12,368 bases of DNA from a virus (lineage: Duplodnaviria > Heunggongvirae > Uroviricota > Caudoviricetes). Below the pieces are notes generated by a model. It saw only the letters and a program-made list of their open reading frames with translations, did no database searches and was not told where the DNA came from. This document shows, in pieces, positions 1-8,823 of this stretch (positions are counted from its first letter, which is position 1; each line of letters opens with the position of its first letter). The translations under genes were made by a program, and so were the position numbers. Where the stretch lies: IMG/VR virus record IMGVR_UViG_2531839473_000005. One strand, 5' to 3'.

Positions 1-484
1 ACACCCGGAGACAACGGCTGACTAAGCTTACTCCCCATCCCCGGGCAATAAGGGCGCGTGCGCTATCCACTTTTTTGCCCGTCCATATTCAACGGCTTCT
101 TTGAGGAGTTCATTTTCCATCGTTTTCTTGCCGAGCAGGCGCTGGAGTTCTTTAATCTGCTTCATGGCGGCAGCAAGTTCAGAGGCAGGAACAACCTGTT
201 CTCCGGCGGCGACAGCAGTAAGACTTCCTTCCTGGTATTGCTTACGCCAGAGAAATAACTGGCTGGCTGCTACACCATGTTGCCGGGCAACGAGGGAGAC
301 CGTCATCCCCGGTTCAAAGCTCTGCTGAACAATTGCGATCTTTTCCTGTGTGGTACGCCGTCTGCGTTTCTCCGGCCCTAAGACATCAATCATCTGTTCT
401 CCAATGACTAGTCTAAAAACTAGTATTAAGACTATCACTTATTTAAGTGATACTGGTTGTCTGGAGATTCAGGGGGCCAGTCTA
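1..484 (-). mobile_element. IS2 (IS3 family), partial copy cut by window start; left inverted repeat (IRL) tip at 484 faces the window interior
   Basis: Reverse complement of 455-484 is TAGACTGGCCCCCTGAATCTCCAGACAACC, which I recognise as the IS2 IRL; encodes complete InsC; the last 27 nt before the window edge should be the start of insD. Mirror image of 11931-12368. Confidence 0.9.
28..393 (-). CDS. insC: IS2 transposase OrfA (InsC), 121 aa
   Basis: ORF 28-438 contains [58 protein letters not shown]..., matching IS2 InsC as recalled; start set at the internal Met. Confidence 0.9.
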
Positions 485-1345
485 CCAGGTCAGATTGTTG
501 TTTTACCGGAAAAATCCGGCTGGGTAGGTGTGTCAGCAATTTGCCCACCCGGTACGCTGGTGAATTATACATACCGTAGTTATGTCACCAACTTTGTTGT
601 TCAGGAAACTATCGATAATTATAAATATATGCAATTAAATGATTATCTATTAGGTGCGATGAGTCTGGTTGATAGCGTGATGGATATTCAGTTTCCCCCG
701 CAAAATTATATCCGTATGGGAACAGATCCTAACGTTTCGCAAAACCTTCCGTTCGGGGTGATGGATTCTCGTTTGATATTTCGTTTAAAGGTTATTCGTC
801 CTTTTATTAACATGGTGGAGATCCCCAGACAGGTGATGTTTACCGTGTATGTGACATCAACGCCTTACGATCCGTTGGTTACACCTGTTTATACCATTAG
901 TTTTGGTGGCCGGGTTGAAGTACCGCAAAACTGCGAATTAAATGCCGGGCAAATTGTTGAATTTGATTTTGGTGATATCGGTGCATCGTTATTTAGTGCG
1001 GCAGGGCCGGGGAATCGACCTAATGGTGTCATGCCACAAACCAAGAATATTGCGATCAAATGTACGAATGTTGCTGCGCAGGCTTATTTAACAATGCGTC
1101 TGGAAGCCAGTGCCGTTTCTGGTCAGGCGATGGTGTCGGACAATCAGGATTTAGGTTTTATTGTCGCCGATCAGAACGATACGCCGATCACGCCTAACGA
1201 TCTCAATAGCGTTATTCCTTTCCGTCTGGATGCAGCTGCGGCAGCCAATGTCACACTTCGCGCCTGGCCTATCAGTATTACCGGTCAAAAACCGACCGAA
1301 GGGCCGTTTAGCGCGCTGGGGTATTTACGCGTCGATTATCAATGA
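485..1345 (+). pseudogene. sfmH: Fimbrial adhesin-like protein SfmH, 5'-truncated by IS2 (about 287 C-terminal codons remain)
   Basis: Frame of ORF 350-1345 is open across the IS2 junction, but 350-484 is IS2 sequence; position upstream of sfmF-fimZ-argU matches the K-12 sfm operon order; no own start codon, signal peptide or RBS. Confidence 0.7.
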
Positions 1346-1355
1346 GGTACGGAGA

Positions 1356-1871
1356 ATGAGAAGAGTAATCTTTAGCTGTTTCTGCGGGCTACTGTGGAGT
1401 TCCAGTGGATGGGCAGCTGACCCTTTAGGAACGATTAATATCAATTTGCACGGTAACGTTGTTGATTTCTCCTGTACCGTAAACACAGCGGATGTTGATA
1501 AGACGGTAGATTTAGGCAGATGGCCTACGACACAACTACTGACCGCTGGCGATACCACGGCACCTGTTCCTTTTAGTCTGCGCCTGGAAGGATGTCCTCC
1601 GGGATCAGTCGCGATTTTATTTACGGGAACGCCGGCATCCGATGCCAACCTGCTGGCCCTGGACGATCCCGCAATGGCACAAACCGTCGCCATCGAATTA
1701 CGCAAGAGCGATCGCTCCCGGCTTGCGCTGGGCGAGGCGAGCCCGACTGAGGAGGTAGATGCAAATGGCAATGTAACGCTAAACTTTTTTGCCAATTATC
1801 GAGCGTTAGCCAGCGGTGTCCAACCAGGTGTGGCGAAAGCGGATGCGATATTTATGATCAATTATAATTAA
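1356..1871 (+). CDS. sfmF: Fimbrial-like minor subunit SfmF, 171 aa
   Basis: Start chosen at MRRVIFSCFCGLLWSSSGWA (signal-peptide-like) with GAGG upstream; the longer ORF from 1161 would overlap sfmH. Confidence 0.75.
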   Translation: MRRVIFSCFCGLLWSSSGWAADPLGTININLHGNVVDFSCTVNTADVDKTVDLGRWPTTQLLTAGDTTAPVPFSLRLEGCPPGSVAILFTGTPASDANLLALDDPAMAQTVAIELRKSDRSRLALGEASPTEEVDANGNVTLNFFANYRALASGVQPGVAKADAIFMINYN

Positions 1872-1873
1872 TA

Positions 1874-2506
1874 TTATATTAATTCATATAATTTGGCGTA
1901 GTCGATAAGTTCTACAATTGAATGCAAACCGAGTTTGCCATAAATATTAGATTTATGCGCACTAATTGTTTTATTGCTAAGTAATAGTTTGTCGGCAATT
2001 TCTTTATTAGATAATCCGCTAACCAGATAGCGTAATATAGTCACTTCACGATTAGATAGCACCGTAGCTGTTGAATTATTGGTGCTGCATTTATTACTTT
2101 TTATATAGTTGAGCGTTTCACTGGGAAAAAAAGTGTATCCAGAGAGAATCATCTGGACGGCATGAAAAATATCATTCTGATCATTGCATTTACTGACAAA
2201 ACCGTTAGCACCCGCTTGTATCGCTCTGCCCGCATAAAAGCATTCTGATTTTGATGATAAAAATAATACCTTCACCGTACTCTGGATTTGTTTGATTCTT
2301 TTCAGGAAGGTAAAACCGTCTGTACCGGGCAAGTCTATATCCATAATGATTAAATCAACAGGACGGGTTCGGAGATAATCGATGGTTATGCGGTAATCAT
2401 CCGTTTTCAGGACAATCTGCAATTCACTGTTTTTTTGCAACAGAACTTCAATGGACATTCTGATGATAGGATGGGTATCCATAATGATCACCGACGTTGG
2501 TTTCAT
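1874..2506 (-). CDS. fimZ: LuxR/FixJ-family response regulator FimZ, 210 aa
   Basis: MKPTSVIIMDTHPIIRMSIEVLLQKNSELQIVLK...LSNREVTILRYLVSGLSNKEIADKL matches FimZ as recalled (receiver domain plus LuxR HTH); start at internal Met of ORF 1874-2569. Confidence 0.9.
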   Translation of the reverse strand: MKPTSVIIMDTHPIIRMSIEVLLQKNSELQIVLKTDDYRITIDYLRTRPVDLIIMDIDLPGTDGFTFLKRIKQIQSTVKVLFLSSKSECFYAGRAIQAGANGFVSKCNDQNDIFHAVQMILSGYTFFPSETLNYIKSNKCSTNNSTATVLSNREVTILRYLVSGLSNKEIADKLLLSNKTISAHKSNIYGKLGLHSIVELIDYAKLYELI

Positions 2507-2689
2507 AGTTACCAGTCTCACAGGGTAGGACAATTTTCCGTTAGGGCTGGAAATTGTACTTTGATACATGAAAATACGGGTTTTCTTGATTCAGATGCGC
2601 AGCGGGGTGCGTTTGTTTGCCGCTATAGCGAAATAAATCAGAAAATCAGACGTGGTCGTTCACTTGTTCAGCAACCAGATCAAAAGCCA

Positions 2690-2717
2690 TTGACTCAGCA
2701 AGGGTTGACCGTATAAT
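2690..2717 (+). promoter_or_regulatory. Sigma70-type promoter upstream of argU (TTGACT, 16-bp spacer, TATAAT)
   Basis: -35 TTGACT at 2690-2695 and consensus -10 TATAAT at 2712-2717, about 30 nt upstream of the tRNA 5' end. Confidence 0.6.
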
Positions 2718-2748
2718 TCACGCGATTACACTGCATTGCGGTATCAAC

Positions 2749-2825
2749 GCGCCCTTAGCTCAGTTGGATAGAGCAACGACCTTCTAAGTCGTGGGCCGCA
2801 GGTTCGAATCCTGCAGGGCGCGCCA
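2749..2825 (+). tRNA. argU: tRNA-Arg (anticodon UCU); prophage attachment site
   Basis: GCGCCCTTAGCTCAGTTGGATAGAGCAACGACCTTCTAAGTCGTGGGCCGCAGGTTCGAATCCTGCAGGGCGCGCCA: cloverleaf features, anticodon loop CTTCTAA, encoded CCA; integrase gene starts 16 bp downstream. Confidence 0.9.
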
Positions 2826-2840
2826 TTACAATTCAATCAG

Positions 2841-4004
2841 TTACGCCTTCTTTATATCCTCCATAATTCCAGAGTGGGACATATTTGGGACATTATCACC
2901 AAAAATGTCGTCTATTTTCCTCGCATGCTCTGTCAAATGATTAGGCGCAAGGTGAGCATACCTACGAACCATTTCTATGGACTCCCATCCGCCCATTTCC
3001 TGAAGCACTGATAATGGGACGCCTGACTGAATCAGCCAGCTTGCCCAGGTGTGTCTGAGGTCATGGAAACGGAAATCTTCAATTCCTGCACGACGACAAG
3101 CTGATAGCCATGATGTCTTGCTGTCGATGCGCATCTTCCTGACCGCAGGCGTTGATGTTCCATCTGCTCGCTTAGCCGCCTTGGTATGTACAAACACCCA
3201 TTTGTGATGCTTGCCTATTTGATCACGCAACACTTTACAGGCGGTATCGTTCAGCGCCACACCAATGGCGCGGTTTGATTTGCTCTCTTCTGGATTCACC
3301 CAGGTAACTCGTCGCTGCATGTCGATTTGTTGCCATTCCAGATTTATGATGTTCGACTTTCTCAGACCAGTTGCCAGCGCAAACTTGACGACAGATTTCA
3401 GTGGTTCGGGGCACTCATCAATAAGGCGTTTTGCTTCCTCCTTTTCCAGCCATCTGACTCGCTTGTTTCTGACCGCTGGTATCTTGATGACAGGCGCTTT
3501 TTCCAGCCACTTCCAGTCGCGTTCTGCAGCACGGAGAATGGCCTTTATCATGGCAAGATGCTTTGCCTTTGTCTGAGTTGATACTGGCTTTGGTTCATAA
3601 ACAGGCGGTTCTTTACCTTTCCTGATGGCGGCCTGAACTTTCTGTTTCCATATTTCTTTCGTCTTTCTGTTATGCATTCTGCTTACAGCAGAGTAAATCT
3701 TTGCCTCCGAGATATCTTTAAGCCTTATACCCTCAAAATGTTCAAGCCAGAACTCAATCCGGCTTTTATCTGAATCGAGAGATTTTTTATCAGCTTTTTC
3801 CTCAAGCCATCTTAGGCAGGCCTCTTCAAAAGTGACATCAGGTAAATCCCCTAGCTTTTCTACTCGCCAGAGTTCTGCTTTTCGCTTGTCGTGCAACTCC
3901 TGAGCTTGCCGCTTGTCCTTTGTGCCAAGAGATTCCTTAATTCGTTTCTCGCCCGGGAGCGAATACGAGGCATACCATATTTCATTTCTGCGGAAGAGTG
4001 ACAT
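2841..4004 (-). CDS. intD: Prophage tyrosine integrase (DLP12 IntD-like), 387 aa
   Basis: Sits directly beside the tRNA; C-terminal HDLRHT...YAHL motifs (tyrosine recombinase R-H-R-Y signature); N-terminus [18 protein letters not shown] recalled from argU-associated integrases. Confidence 0.85.
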   Translation of the reverse strand: MSLFRRNEIWYASYSLPGEKRIKESLGTKDKRQAQELHDKRKAELWRVEKLGDLPDVTFEEACLRWLEEKADKKSLDSDKSRIEFWLEHFEGIRLKDISEAKIYSAVSRMHNRKTKEIWKQKVQAAIRKGKEPPVYEPKPVSTQTKAKHLAMIKAILRAAERDWKWLEKAPVIKIPAVRNKRVRWLEKEEAKRLIDECPEPLKSVVKFALATGLRKSNIINLEWQQIDMQRRVTWVNPEESKSNRAIGVALNDTACKVLRDQIGKHHKWVFVHTKAAKRADGTSTPAVRKMRIDSKTSWLSACRRAGIEDFRFHDLRHTWASWLIQSGVPLSVLQEMGGWESIEMVRRYAHLAPNHLTEHARKIDDIFGDNVPNMSHSGIMEDIKKA

Positions 4005-4231
4005 TTTCTTTCCTCTGTTATGCCATCACCCGCGCTCACCTGGACAGTATGCAGCGGAGACTGAAGCGCCGCAATGCAGGCTTGCCGTGTTGTGAGGTAA
4101 GGAGATTTTGGCTTGGTTGGATCTTTACGTGTTGCCTGTAGGCGGCCTGTTCGTATCCAGTTGGTGGCGGTTGGTCTGGATATCTTAAGAAACTGACAGG
4201 CCTCATCGAGTGTGAGGCTGTATGATTCCAT
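3860..4231 (-). CDS. xis: Excisionase-like DNA-binding protein; 3' end overlaps int in another frame
   Basis: Start set at [31 protein letters not shown] (AlpA/Xis-type HTH) with GAGGTAACC RBS; immediately upstream of int. The true 3' end is uncertain. Confidence 0.55.
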   Translation of the reverse strand: MESYSLTLDEACQFLKISRPTATNWIRTGRLQATRKDPTKPKSPYLTTRQACIAALQSPLHTVQVSAGDGITEERKCHSSAEMKYGMPRIRSRARNELRNLLAQRTSGKLRSCTTSEKQNSGE

Positions 4232-4481
4232 GGTTACCTCTGCTTTTTGAACGCATGTCACGTAACTTCTTAATGTGTTCTGCCGTTTCGATCTCTTCTG
4301 CTATCCGATCTGCATCAGCTTTATTCACAGGTTCAAAGTCATGATTAAAGCGGAACATGCTGGCGATACATGTTCTGCCTTTTCGGATGTAGTGAACTTT
4401 GTTGTGGGTAGAACGCAGGATTTTGCAGGGAGTGCCGTGGTGGTCGACGTACCAGGTGTTAGGAAAAATGATTCTGAACAT
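4203..4481 (-). CDS. Hypothetical prophage protein, 92 aa
   Basis: ORF with GAGGTG RBS 7 nt upstream of ATG; start overlaps the xis start by 29 nt; not recognised. Confidence 0.5.
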   Translation of the reverse strand: MFRIIFPNTWYVDHHGTPCKILRSTHNKVHYIRKGRTCIASMFRFNHDFEPVNKADADRIAEEIETAEHIKKLRDMRSKSRGNHGIIQPHTR

Positions 4482-4537
4482 TTTTACACCTCAGTTGGAC
4501 GATGTTGAAATTTGCTGCTTTGAGGCCATCACAGTCC

Positions 4538-4747
4538 CTATTGTTTGTTCTTAAGTTCGATCTCCTCCTGGCAACTCGCACAAGTCCGACAACCCTGAAC
4601 AGCCAGGCGTCTTCGCTCATCTATCGGATCGCCACACTCACAACAATGAGTTGCGGATACAGTCTGGTAGTTCAGACGACGCATTTTTATTGCTGTATTG
4701 CGCTGTAATTCTTCGATTTCTGATGCTGAATCAATGATGTCTGCCAT
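4538..4747 (-). CDS. TraR/DksA-family C4 zinc-finger protein, 69 aa
   Basis: C-x2-C-x17-C-x2-C pattern (HCCECGDPIDERRRLAVQGCRTCASCQ) typical of TraR/DksA zinc fingers common in prophages. Confidence 0.7.
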   Translation of the reverse strand: MADIIDSASEIEELQRNTAIKMRRLNYQTVSATHCCECGDPIDERRRLAVQGCRTCASCQEEIELKNKQ

Positions 4748-4796
4748 CTTTCATTAATCCCTGAATTGTTGGTTAATACGCTTGAGGGTAAATGCG

Positions 4797-4823
4797 AATA
4801 ATAAAAAAGGAGCCTGTAGCTCC
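4797..4823 (-). terminator. Rho-independent terminator (minus strand) between two small accessory genes
   Basis: Minus-strand GGAGC-tacag-GCTCC hairpin followed by TTTTTTATTATT, 23 nt downstream of the stop of ORF 4846-5127. Confidence 0.5.
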
Positions 4824-4845
4824 CTGATGATTTTGCTTTTCATGT

Positions 4846-5127
4846 TTACCGTTCCTTAAAGACGCCGTTCAACATGCCGATCGCCAGGCTTAAATGAGTC
4901 GGTGTGAATCCCATCAGCGTTACCGTTTCGCGGTGCTTCTTTAGTACGCTACGGCAAATGTCATCGACGTTTTTATCCGGAAAATGCTGTCTGGCTTTTT
5001 TGATTTCAGAATTAGCCTGACGGGCAATGCTGCGAAGGGCGTTTTCTTGCTGAGGTGTCATTGAACAAGCCCCATGTCGGCAAGCATAAGCACACAGAAT
5101 ATGAAGCCCGCTGCCAGAAAAATGCAT
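4846..5127 (-). CDS. Hypothetical prophage protein (93 aa ORF; likely 71 aa from internal MTPQQENALR start at 5061)
   Basis: Open frame followed by a terminator; no convincing RBS at the first ATG; not recognised. Confidence 0.45.
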   Translation of the reverse strand: MHFSGSGLHILCAYACRHGACSMTPQQENALRSIARQANSEIKKARQHFPDKNVDDICRSVLKKHRETVTLMGFTPTHLSLAIGMLNGVFKER

Positions 5128-5137
5128 TCAGTGGTTG

Positions 5138-5329
5138 TCATACCTGGTCTCTCTCATCTGCTTCTGCTTTCGCCACCATCATTTCCAGCTTTTGTGAAAG
5201 GGATGTGGCTAACGTATGAAATTCTTCGTCTGTTTCTACTGGTATTGGCACAAACCTGACTCCAATTTGAGCAAGGCTATGTGCCATCTCAATACTCGTT
5301 CTTAACTCAACAGGAGATGCTTTGTGCAT
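5138..5329 (-). CDS. Hypothetical prophage protein, 63 aa
   Basis: Good RBS (GGGAGG 5 nt before ATG); acidic C-terminus; not recognised. Confidence 0.55.
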   Translation of the reverse strand: MHKASPVELRTSIEMAHSLAQIGVRFVPIPVETDEEFHTLATSLSQKLEMMVAKAEADERDQV

Positions 5330-5490
5330 ACCGCCTCCCGTTTATTATTTATCTTCTCAGCCAGCCGCTGTGCTTTCAGTGGATTTCTGATAACAGAAAG
5401 GCCGGGAAATACCCAGCCTCGCTTTGTAACGGAGTAGACGAAAGTGATCGCGCCTACCCGGATATTATCGTGAGGATGCGTCATCGCCAT
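5302..5490 (-). CDS. Hypothetical prophage protein, 62 aa
   Basis: Start overlaps the exo stop by 10 nt (coupling-style arrangement), GGGGA upstream; overlaps the next ORF by 28 nt; not recognised. Confidence 0.4.
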   Translation of the reverse strand: MAMTHPHDNIRVGAITFVYSVTKRGWVFPGLSVIRNPLKAQRLAEKINNKREAVCTKHLLLS

Positions 5491-6161
5491 TGCTCCCCAA
5501 ATACAAAACCAATTTCAGCCAGTGCCTCGTCCATTTTTTCGATGAACTCCGGCACCATCTCGTCAAAACTCGCCATGTACTTTTCATTCCGCTCAATCAC
5601 GACATAATGCAGGCCTTCACGCTTCATGCGCGGGTCATAGTTGGCAAAGTACCAGGCATCTTTTCGCGTCACCCACATGCTGTACTGCACCTGGGCCATG
5701 TAAGCCGATTTTATTGCCTCGAAACCACCGAGCCGGAATTTCATGAAATCCCGGGAGGTAAACGGGCATTTCAGTTCAAGGCCGTTGCCGTCACTGCATA
5801 AACCATCGGGGGAGCAGGCGGTGCGCATACTTTCGTCGCGATAGATGATCGGGGATTCAGTAATATTCACGCCGGAAGTGAATTCAAACAGGGTTCTGGC
5901 GTCGTTCTCGTACTGTTTTCCCCAGGCCAGCGCCTTAGCATTAACTTCCGGAGCCACACCGGTGCAAACCTCAGCCAGCAGGGTGTGGAAGTAGGACATT
6001 TTCATGTCAGGCCACTTCTTTCCTGAGCGGGGCTTTGCTATCACGTTGTGAACTTCTGAAGCGGTGATGACGCCGAGCCGTAATTTGTGCCATGCATCAT
6101 CCCCCTGTTCGACAGCTCTCACGTCGATCCCGGTACGCTGCAGGATAATGTCCGGTATCAT
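5481..6161 (-). CDS. exo: Lambda-type exonuclease (Red alpha), 226 aa
   Basis: [65 protein letters not shown]... is near-identical to lambda Exo as recalled; ATGA overlap with bet. Confidence 0.95.
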   Translation of the reverse strand: MIPDIILQRTGIDVRAVEQGDDAWHKLRLGVITASEVHNVIAKPRSGKKWPDMKMSYFHTLLAEVCTGVAPEVNAKALAWGKQYENDARTLFEFTSGVNITESPIIYRDESMRTACSPDGLCSDGNGLELKCPFTSRDFMKFRLGGFEAIKSAYMAQVQYSMWVTRKDAWYFANYDPRMKREGLHYVVIERNEKYMASFDEMVPEFIEKMDEALAEIGFVFGEQWR

Positions 6162-6943
6162 GCTGCCACCTTCTGCTCAGTGGCTTTCTGTTTCAGGAAT
6201 CCAAGAGCTTTCACTGCTTCGGCCTGTGTCAGTTCTGACGATGCGTGAATGTCGCGGCGAAATATCTGGGAACAGAGCGGCAATAAGTCGTCATCCCATG
6301 TTTTATCCAGGGCGATCAGCAGAGTGTTAATCTCCTGCATGGTTTCATCGTTAACCGGAGTGATGTCGCGTTCTGGCTGACGTTCTGCAGTGTATGCAGT
6401 ATTTTCGACAATGCGCTCGGCTTCATCCTTGTCATAGATACCAGCAAATCCGAAGGCCAGACGGGCACACTGAATCATGGCTTTATGCCGTAACATCCGT
6501 TTGGGATGCGACTGCCACGGCCCCGTGATTTCTCTGCCTTCGCGGGTTTTGAATGGTTCGCGGCGGCATTCATCCATCCATTCGGTAACGCAGATCGGAT
6601 GATTACGGTCCTTGCGGTAAATCCGGCATGTACAGGATTCATTGTCCTGCTCAAAGTCCATGCCATCAAACTGCTGGTTTTCATTGATGATGCGGGACCA
6701 GCCATCAACGCCCACCACCGGAACAATGCCGTTCTGCTTATCAGGGAAGGCGTAAATTTCTTTCGTCCACGGATTAAGGCCGTACTGGTTGGCGACGATC
6801 AGCAATGCGATGAACTGCGCATCGCTGGCATCACCTTTAAATGCCGTCTGGCGAAGAGTGGTGATCAGTTCCTGTGGGTCGACAGAATCCATGCCGACAC
6901 GTTCAGCCAGCTTCCCTGCCAGCGTTGCGAGTGCTGTACTCAT
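6158..6943 (-). CDS. bet: Red beta single-strand annealing protein, 261 aa
   Basis: [66 protein letters not shown]... is near-identical to lambda Bet as recalled. Confidence 0.95.
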   Translation of the reverse strand: MSTALATLAGKLAERVGMDSVDPQELITTLRQTAFKGDASDAQFIALLIVANQYGLNPWTKEIYAFPDKQNGIVPVVGVDGWSRIINENQQFDGMDFEQDNESCTCRIYRKDRNHPICVTEWMDECRREPFKTREGREITGPWQSHPKRMLRHKAMIQCARLAFGFAGIYDKDEAERIVENTAYTAERQPERDITPVNDETMQEINTLLIALDKTWDDDLLPLCSQIFRRDIHASSELTQAEAVKALGFLKQKATEQKVAA

Positions 6944-6948
6944 CCGTT

Positions 6949-7245
6949 TTATACCTCTGAATCAATATCAACCTGGTGGTGAGCAATGGTTTCAACCATG
7001 TACTGGATGTGTTCTGCCATGCGCTCCTGAAACTCAACATCGTCATCAAACGCACGGGTAATGGCTTTTTTGCTGGCCCCGTGGCGTTGCAAATGATCGA
7101 TGCATAGCGATTCAAACAGGTGCTGGGGCAGGCCTTTTTCCATGTCGTCTGCCAGTTCTGCCTCTTTCTCTTCACGGGCGATCTGCTGGTAGTGACGCGC
7201 CCAGCTCTGAGCCTCAAGACGATCCTGAATGTAATAAGCGTTCAT
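6949..7245 (-). CDS. gam: Gam (RecBCD inhibitor), short 98-aa form
   Basis: [60 protein letters not shown]... matches the C-terminal 98 aa of lambda Gam; strong RBS CAGGAGGT; in-frame stop 19 codons upstream excludes the longer form. Confidence 0.9.
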   Translation of the reverse strand: MNAYYIQDRLEAQSWARHYQQIAREEKEAELADDMEKGLPQHLFESLCIDHLQRHGASKKAITRAFDDDVEFQERMAEHIQYMVETIAHHQVDIDSEV

Positions 7246-7320
7246 GGCTGACCTCCTGAAAATGGCTGTGAAAATATCGCCCGCGAAATGCCAGGCTGAT
7301 TAGGAAAACAGGAAAGGGGA

Positions 7321-7611
7321 TTAGTGATTCAGGCCGTTACCGCGTCCGTCGAGAAAAACTTCCACGAGCAAATCACGGGTATAAGTGCGCTCGATGCCGC
7401 GATGCAGATAAAGCCGTCCGCGTAAATTAGCTGATGCAGTCCAGGTACCATCTTTGTGTTTGACCAGCATTCCTGGCATGACCGCACCTCGATTAACGGT
7501 CTGCGTTCCATAATGTTGATGAACCATAAAAACTCCTGCCCGTAAGCTGGGCTGCTGAACATATAGAGACTTCTGCGCGTATTCAGGCGGTGGATGGCCG
7601 CCGGTTGTCAT
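7321..7611 (-). CDS. Hypothetical protein at the kil/cIII position, first gene of the leftward early operon (96 aa; possible 68-aa form from internal Met)
   Basis: Longest ORF after the PL-like promoter; GAGG 13 nt upstream of first ATG; an internal ATG has a stronger RBS (GGGCAGGAG); a nested 77-aa ORF in another frame makes the call uncertain. Confidence 0.4.
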   Translation of the reverse strand: MTTGGHPPPEYAQKSLYVQQPSLRAGVFMVHQHYGTQTVNRGAVMPGMLVKHKDGTWTASANLRGRLYLHRGIERTYTRDLLVEVFLDGRGNGLNH

Positions 7612-7804
7612 AACTAAGCCGCCTCGTTGAAGCGACTAAGGTATGAAATGTTGAGTTAATTTCAGCTGGTCACACCGACGTTCACGCGTCCGTTTCACCC
7701 CTCGCACTCCCCGAAGCCTGCTGAAATTCAAACTGCGGATCTAAGCGGTCATCGCAACGGTGAATCAGGTAGTTGCCGTATCGTTGTGTTGTTGCGATGA
7801 ACTT

Positions 7805-7856
7805 ATTTAAAACTATAGTTGTTTTATTGTCAACAACAAAAGTTGTTTTATTGGTT
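7805..7856 (-). promoter_or_regulatory. PL-like leftward early promoter with OL-like operator repeats
   Basis: Minus strand: TTGACA (7833-7828), 17-bp spacer, TTAAAT (7810-7805); -35 embedded in GTTGTTGACAATAAAACAAC with flanking AACAAC/GTTGTT inverted and direct repeats. Confidence 0.5.
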
Positions 7857-7974
7857 GTTTTAGATATAACTGGTTGTATTTAGGATGGATTTATTTTGTG
7901 ACTTGAATCGCATAGCGATAACTGAAGTGAGGTTATGGTGGTTTTTTTAACGGTGTGTGTGATGAGGGGAGGGC

Positions 7975-8001
7975 AAAAGAAAACCCGGCACGGTGACCGG
8001 G
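7975..8001 (-). terminator. Rho-independent terminator downstream of the repressor gene
   Basis: Minus strand CCCGG-N8-CCGGG hairpin followed by TTTTCTTTT, about 120 nt after the cI stop. Confidence 0.55.
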
Positions 8002-8122
8002 ATTCTTACGCCGTTAGGTAAAGATATTATTGCGGTGGCTTAATATTACTACCTAGAGCAAAGATAGGAATTAGTTCTTTACTGAATGAGCACAATGCCC
8101 AGTTGATAATTTTTAATTGGTA

Positions 8123-8812
8123 CTACCCATGCTTCCTATATGTCTGCGGCATGCTCCCAATAACCTTACCGAAGATGAACACCCGGTTCATCTCGTCTTT
8201 CTCGATCGGGTCCCACGGTGAGTAGCTTTTGTTATCAGAGATGACCAGCAGCTTATCCTTCATCATTTGCAGGCGCTTTACATGGGCTGTGTCGTCGTAC
8301 AGAAACGCATAGATACCATCACCGTCGAAAGATTTAACTGTGATATCAACGAACAGCAGATCACCTGGTTCGATCGTTCCTGACATGCTGTCACCACGCA
8401 CGTTAATGATGCGGATATTTTCCGCCTTCCTACCATCGAACATGTGACGAGCATCGTCAAACGAGTACTCAACCGAGCGTAGAACTTCTACAAACTCACG
8501 GTTGATGACTCCCGGCCCAGCACTGACTTCTATATCAAGAACGTCAATCTTGAAGTATTTGGAATGGCTGACAGTTGATTGTATTGGTTGCACTGTACTG
8601 TCTGACATATTTCCAACGCCAGAAGATAACCATTCTGCGCGCACACCCAAAGCGTTCGCGATCTCCACGATTTTAGTTGTTTGATTAGCTTTCCCTGTTT
8701 CGATTTTCTGAATAGCAGCCTGGCTAACCCCGACCAAATCCCCAAGCGCCTTTTGTGTAAGGCCTCGCGCTAATCTGGCTTCTTTAAGTCTTTCTGAGAG
8801 TGTTGTTTTCAT
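8123..8812 (-). CDS. cI: CI-type prophage repressor (XRE-family HTH plus S24 LexA-like autopeptidase), 229 aa
   Basis: N-terminal HTH (LTQKALGDLVGVSQAAIQKIETGK); C-terminal RGDSMSGTIEPGDLLFVD and downstream HVKRL (Ser/Lys dyad); start at internal Met because the longer ORF would run through the operator. Confidence 0.85.
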   Translation of the reverse strand: MKTTLSERLKEARLARGLTQKALGDLVGVSQAAIQKIETGKANQTTKIVEIANALGVRAEWLSSGVGNMSDSTVQPIQSTVSHSKYFKIDVLDIEVSAGPGVINREFVEVLRSVEYSFDDARHMFDGRKAENIRIINVRGDSMSGTIEPGDLLFVDITVKSFDGDGIYAFLYDDTAHVKRLQMMKDKLLVISDNKSYSPWDPIEKDEMNRVFIFGKVIGSMPQTYRKHG

Positions 8813-8823
8813 AGTCCAAATGT

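Noticed and set aside
58-328. Plus-strand ORFs inside the left IS2 copy (and mirror ORFs 12087-12357 in the right copy)
   Set aside because: Antisense to insC; not known IS2 genes.
350-484. N-terminal part of the 331-aa ORF (350-1345) starting with [11 protein letters not shown]
   Set aside because: These codons lie inside IS2 (antisense to insC and across the IRL); the open frame across the junction is fortuitous and only 485-1345 is sfmH-derived.
1161-1355. Upstream extension of the sfmF ORF
   Set aside because: Overlaps the 3' end of sfmH in another frame; the internal Met at 1356 has an RBS and a signal-peptide-like N-terminus.
1325-1795. 156-aa minus-strand ORF
   Set aside because: Antisense shadow ORF lying entirely within sfmF; Ser/Ala-rich low-complexity translation.
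2435-2716. 93-aa plus-strand ORF
   Set aside because: Overlaps the fimZ 5' end on the opposite strand and runs through the argU promoter; no RBS; likely spurious.
2705-2717. TTGACC immediately followed by TATAAT as a promoter
   Set aside because: Spacer of 1 bp is impossible; the functional -35 is more likely TTGACT at 2690-2695.
3265-3581. Two plus-strand ORFs (103 and 84 aa)
   Set aside because: Antisense to the integrase gene; no homology or signals.
5074-5607. Plus-strand ORFs 5074-5259 and 5281-5607
   Set aside because: Antisense to the leftward small-gene cluster, with no RBS and no homology recognised; the minus-strand genes show RBSs and start-stop coupling.
6475-7217. ORFs in alternative frames or strands across bet and gam (6475-6726, 6506-6982, 6789-7061, 6903-7217)
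   Set aside because: Nested within the confidently identified bet and gam genes; shadow ORFs.
7925-7950. Plus-strand weak hairpin (ATAAC...GTTAT) followed by TTTTTTT, possibly the terminator of a small plus-strand RNA
   Set aside because: Stem is short and AT-rich and no convincing upstream plus-strand promoter was found; cannot be supported without expression data.
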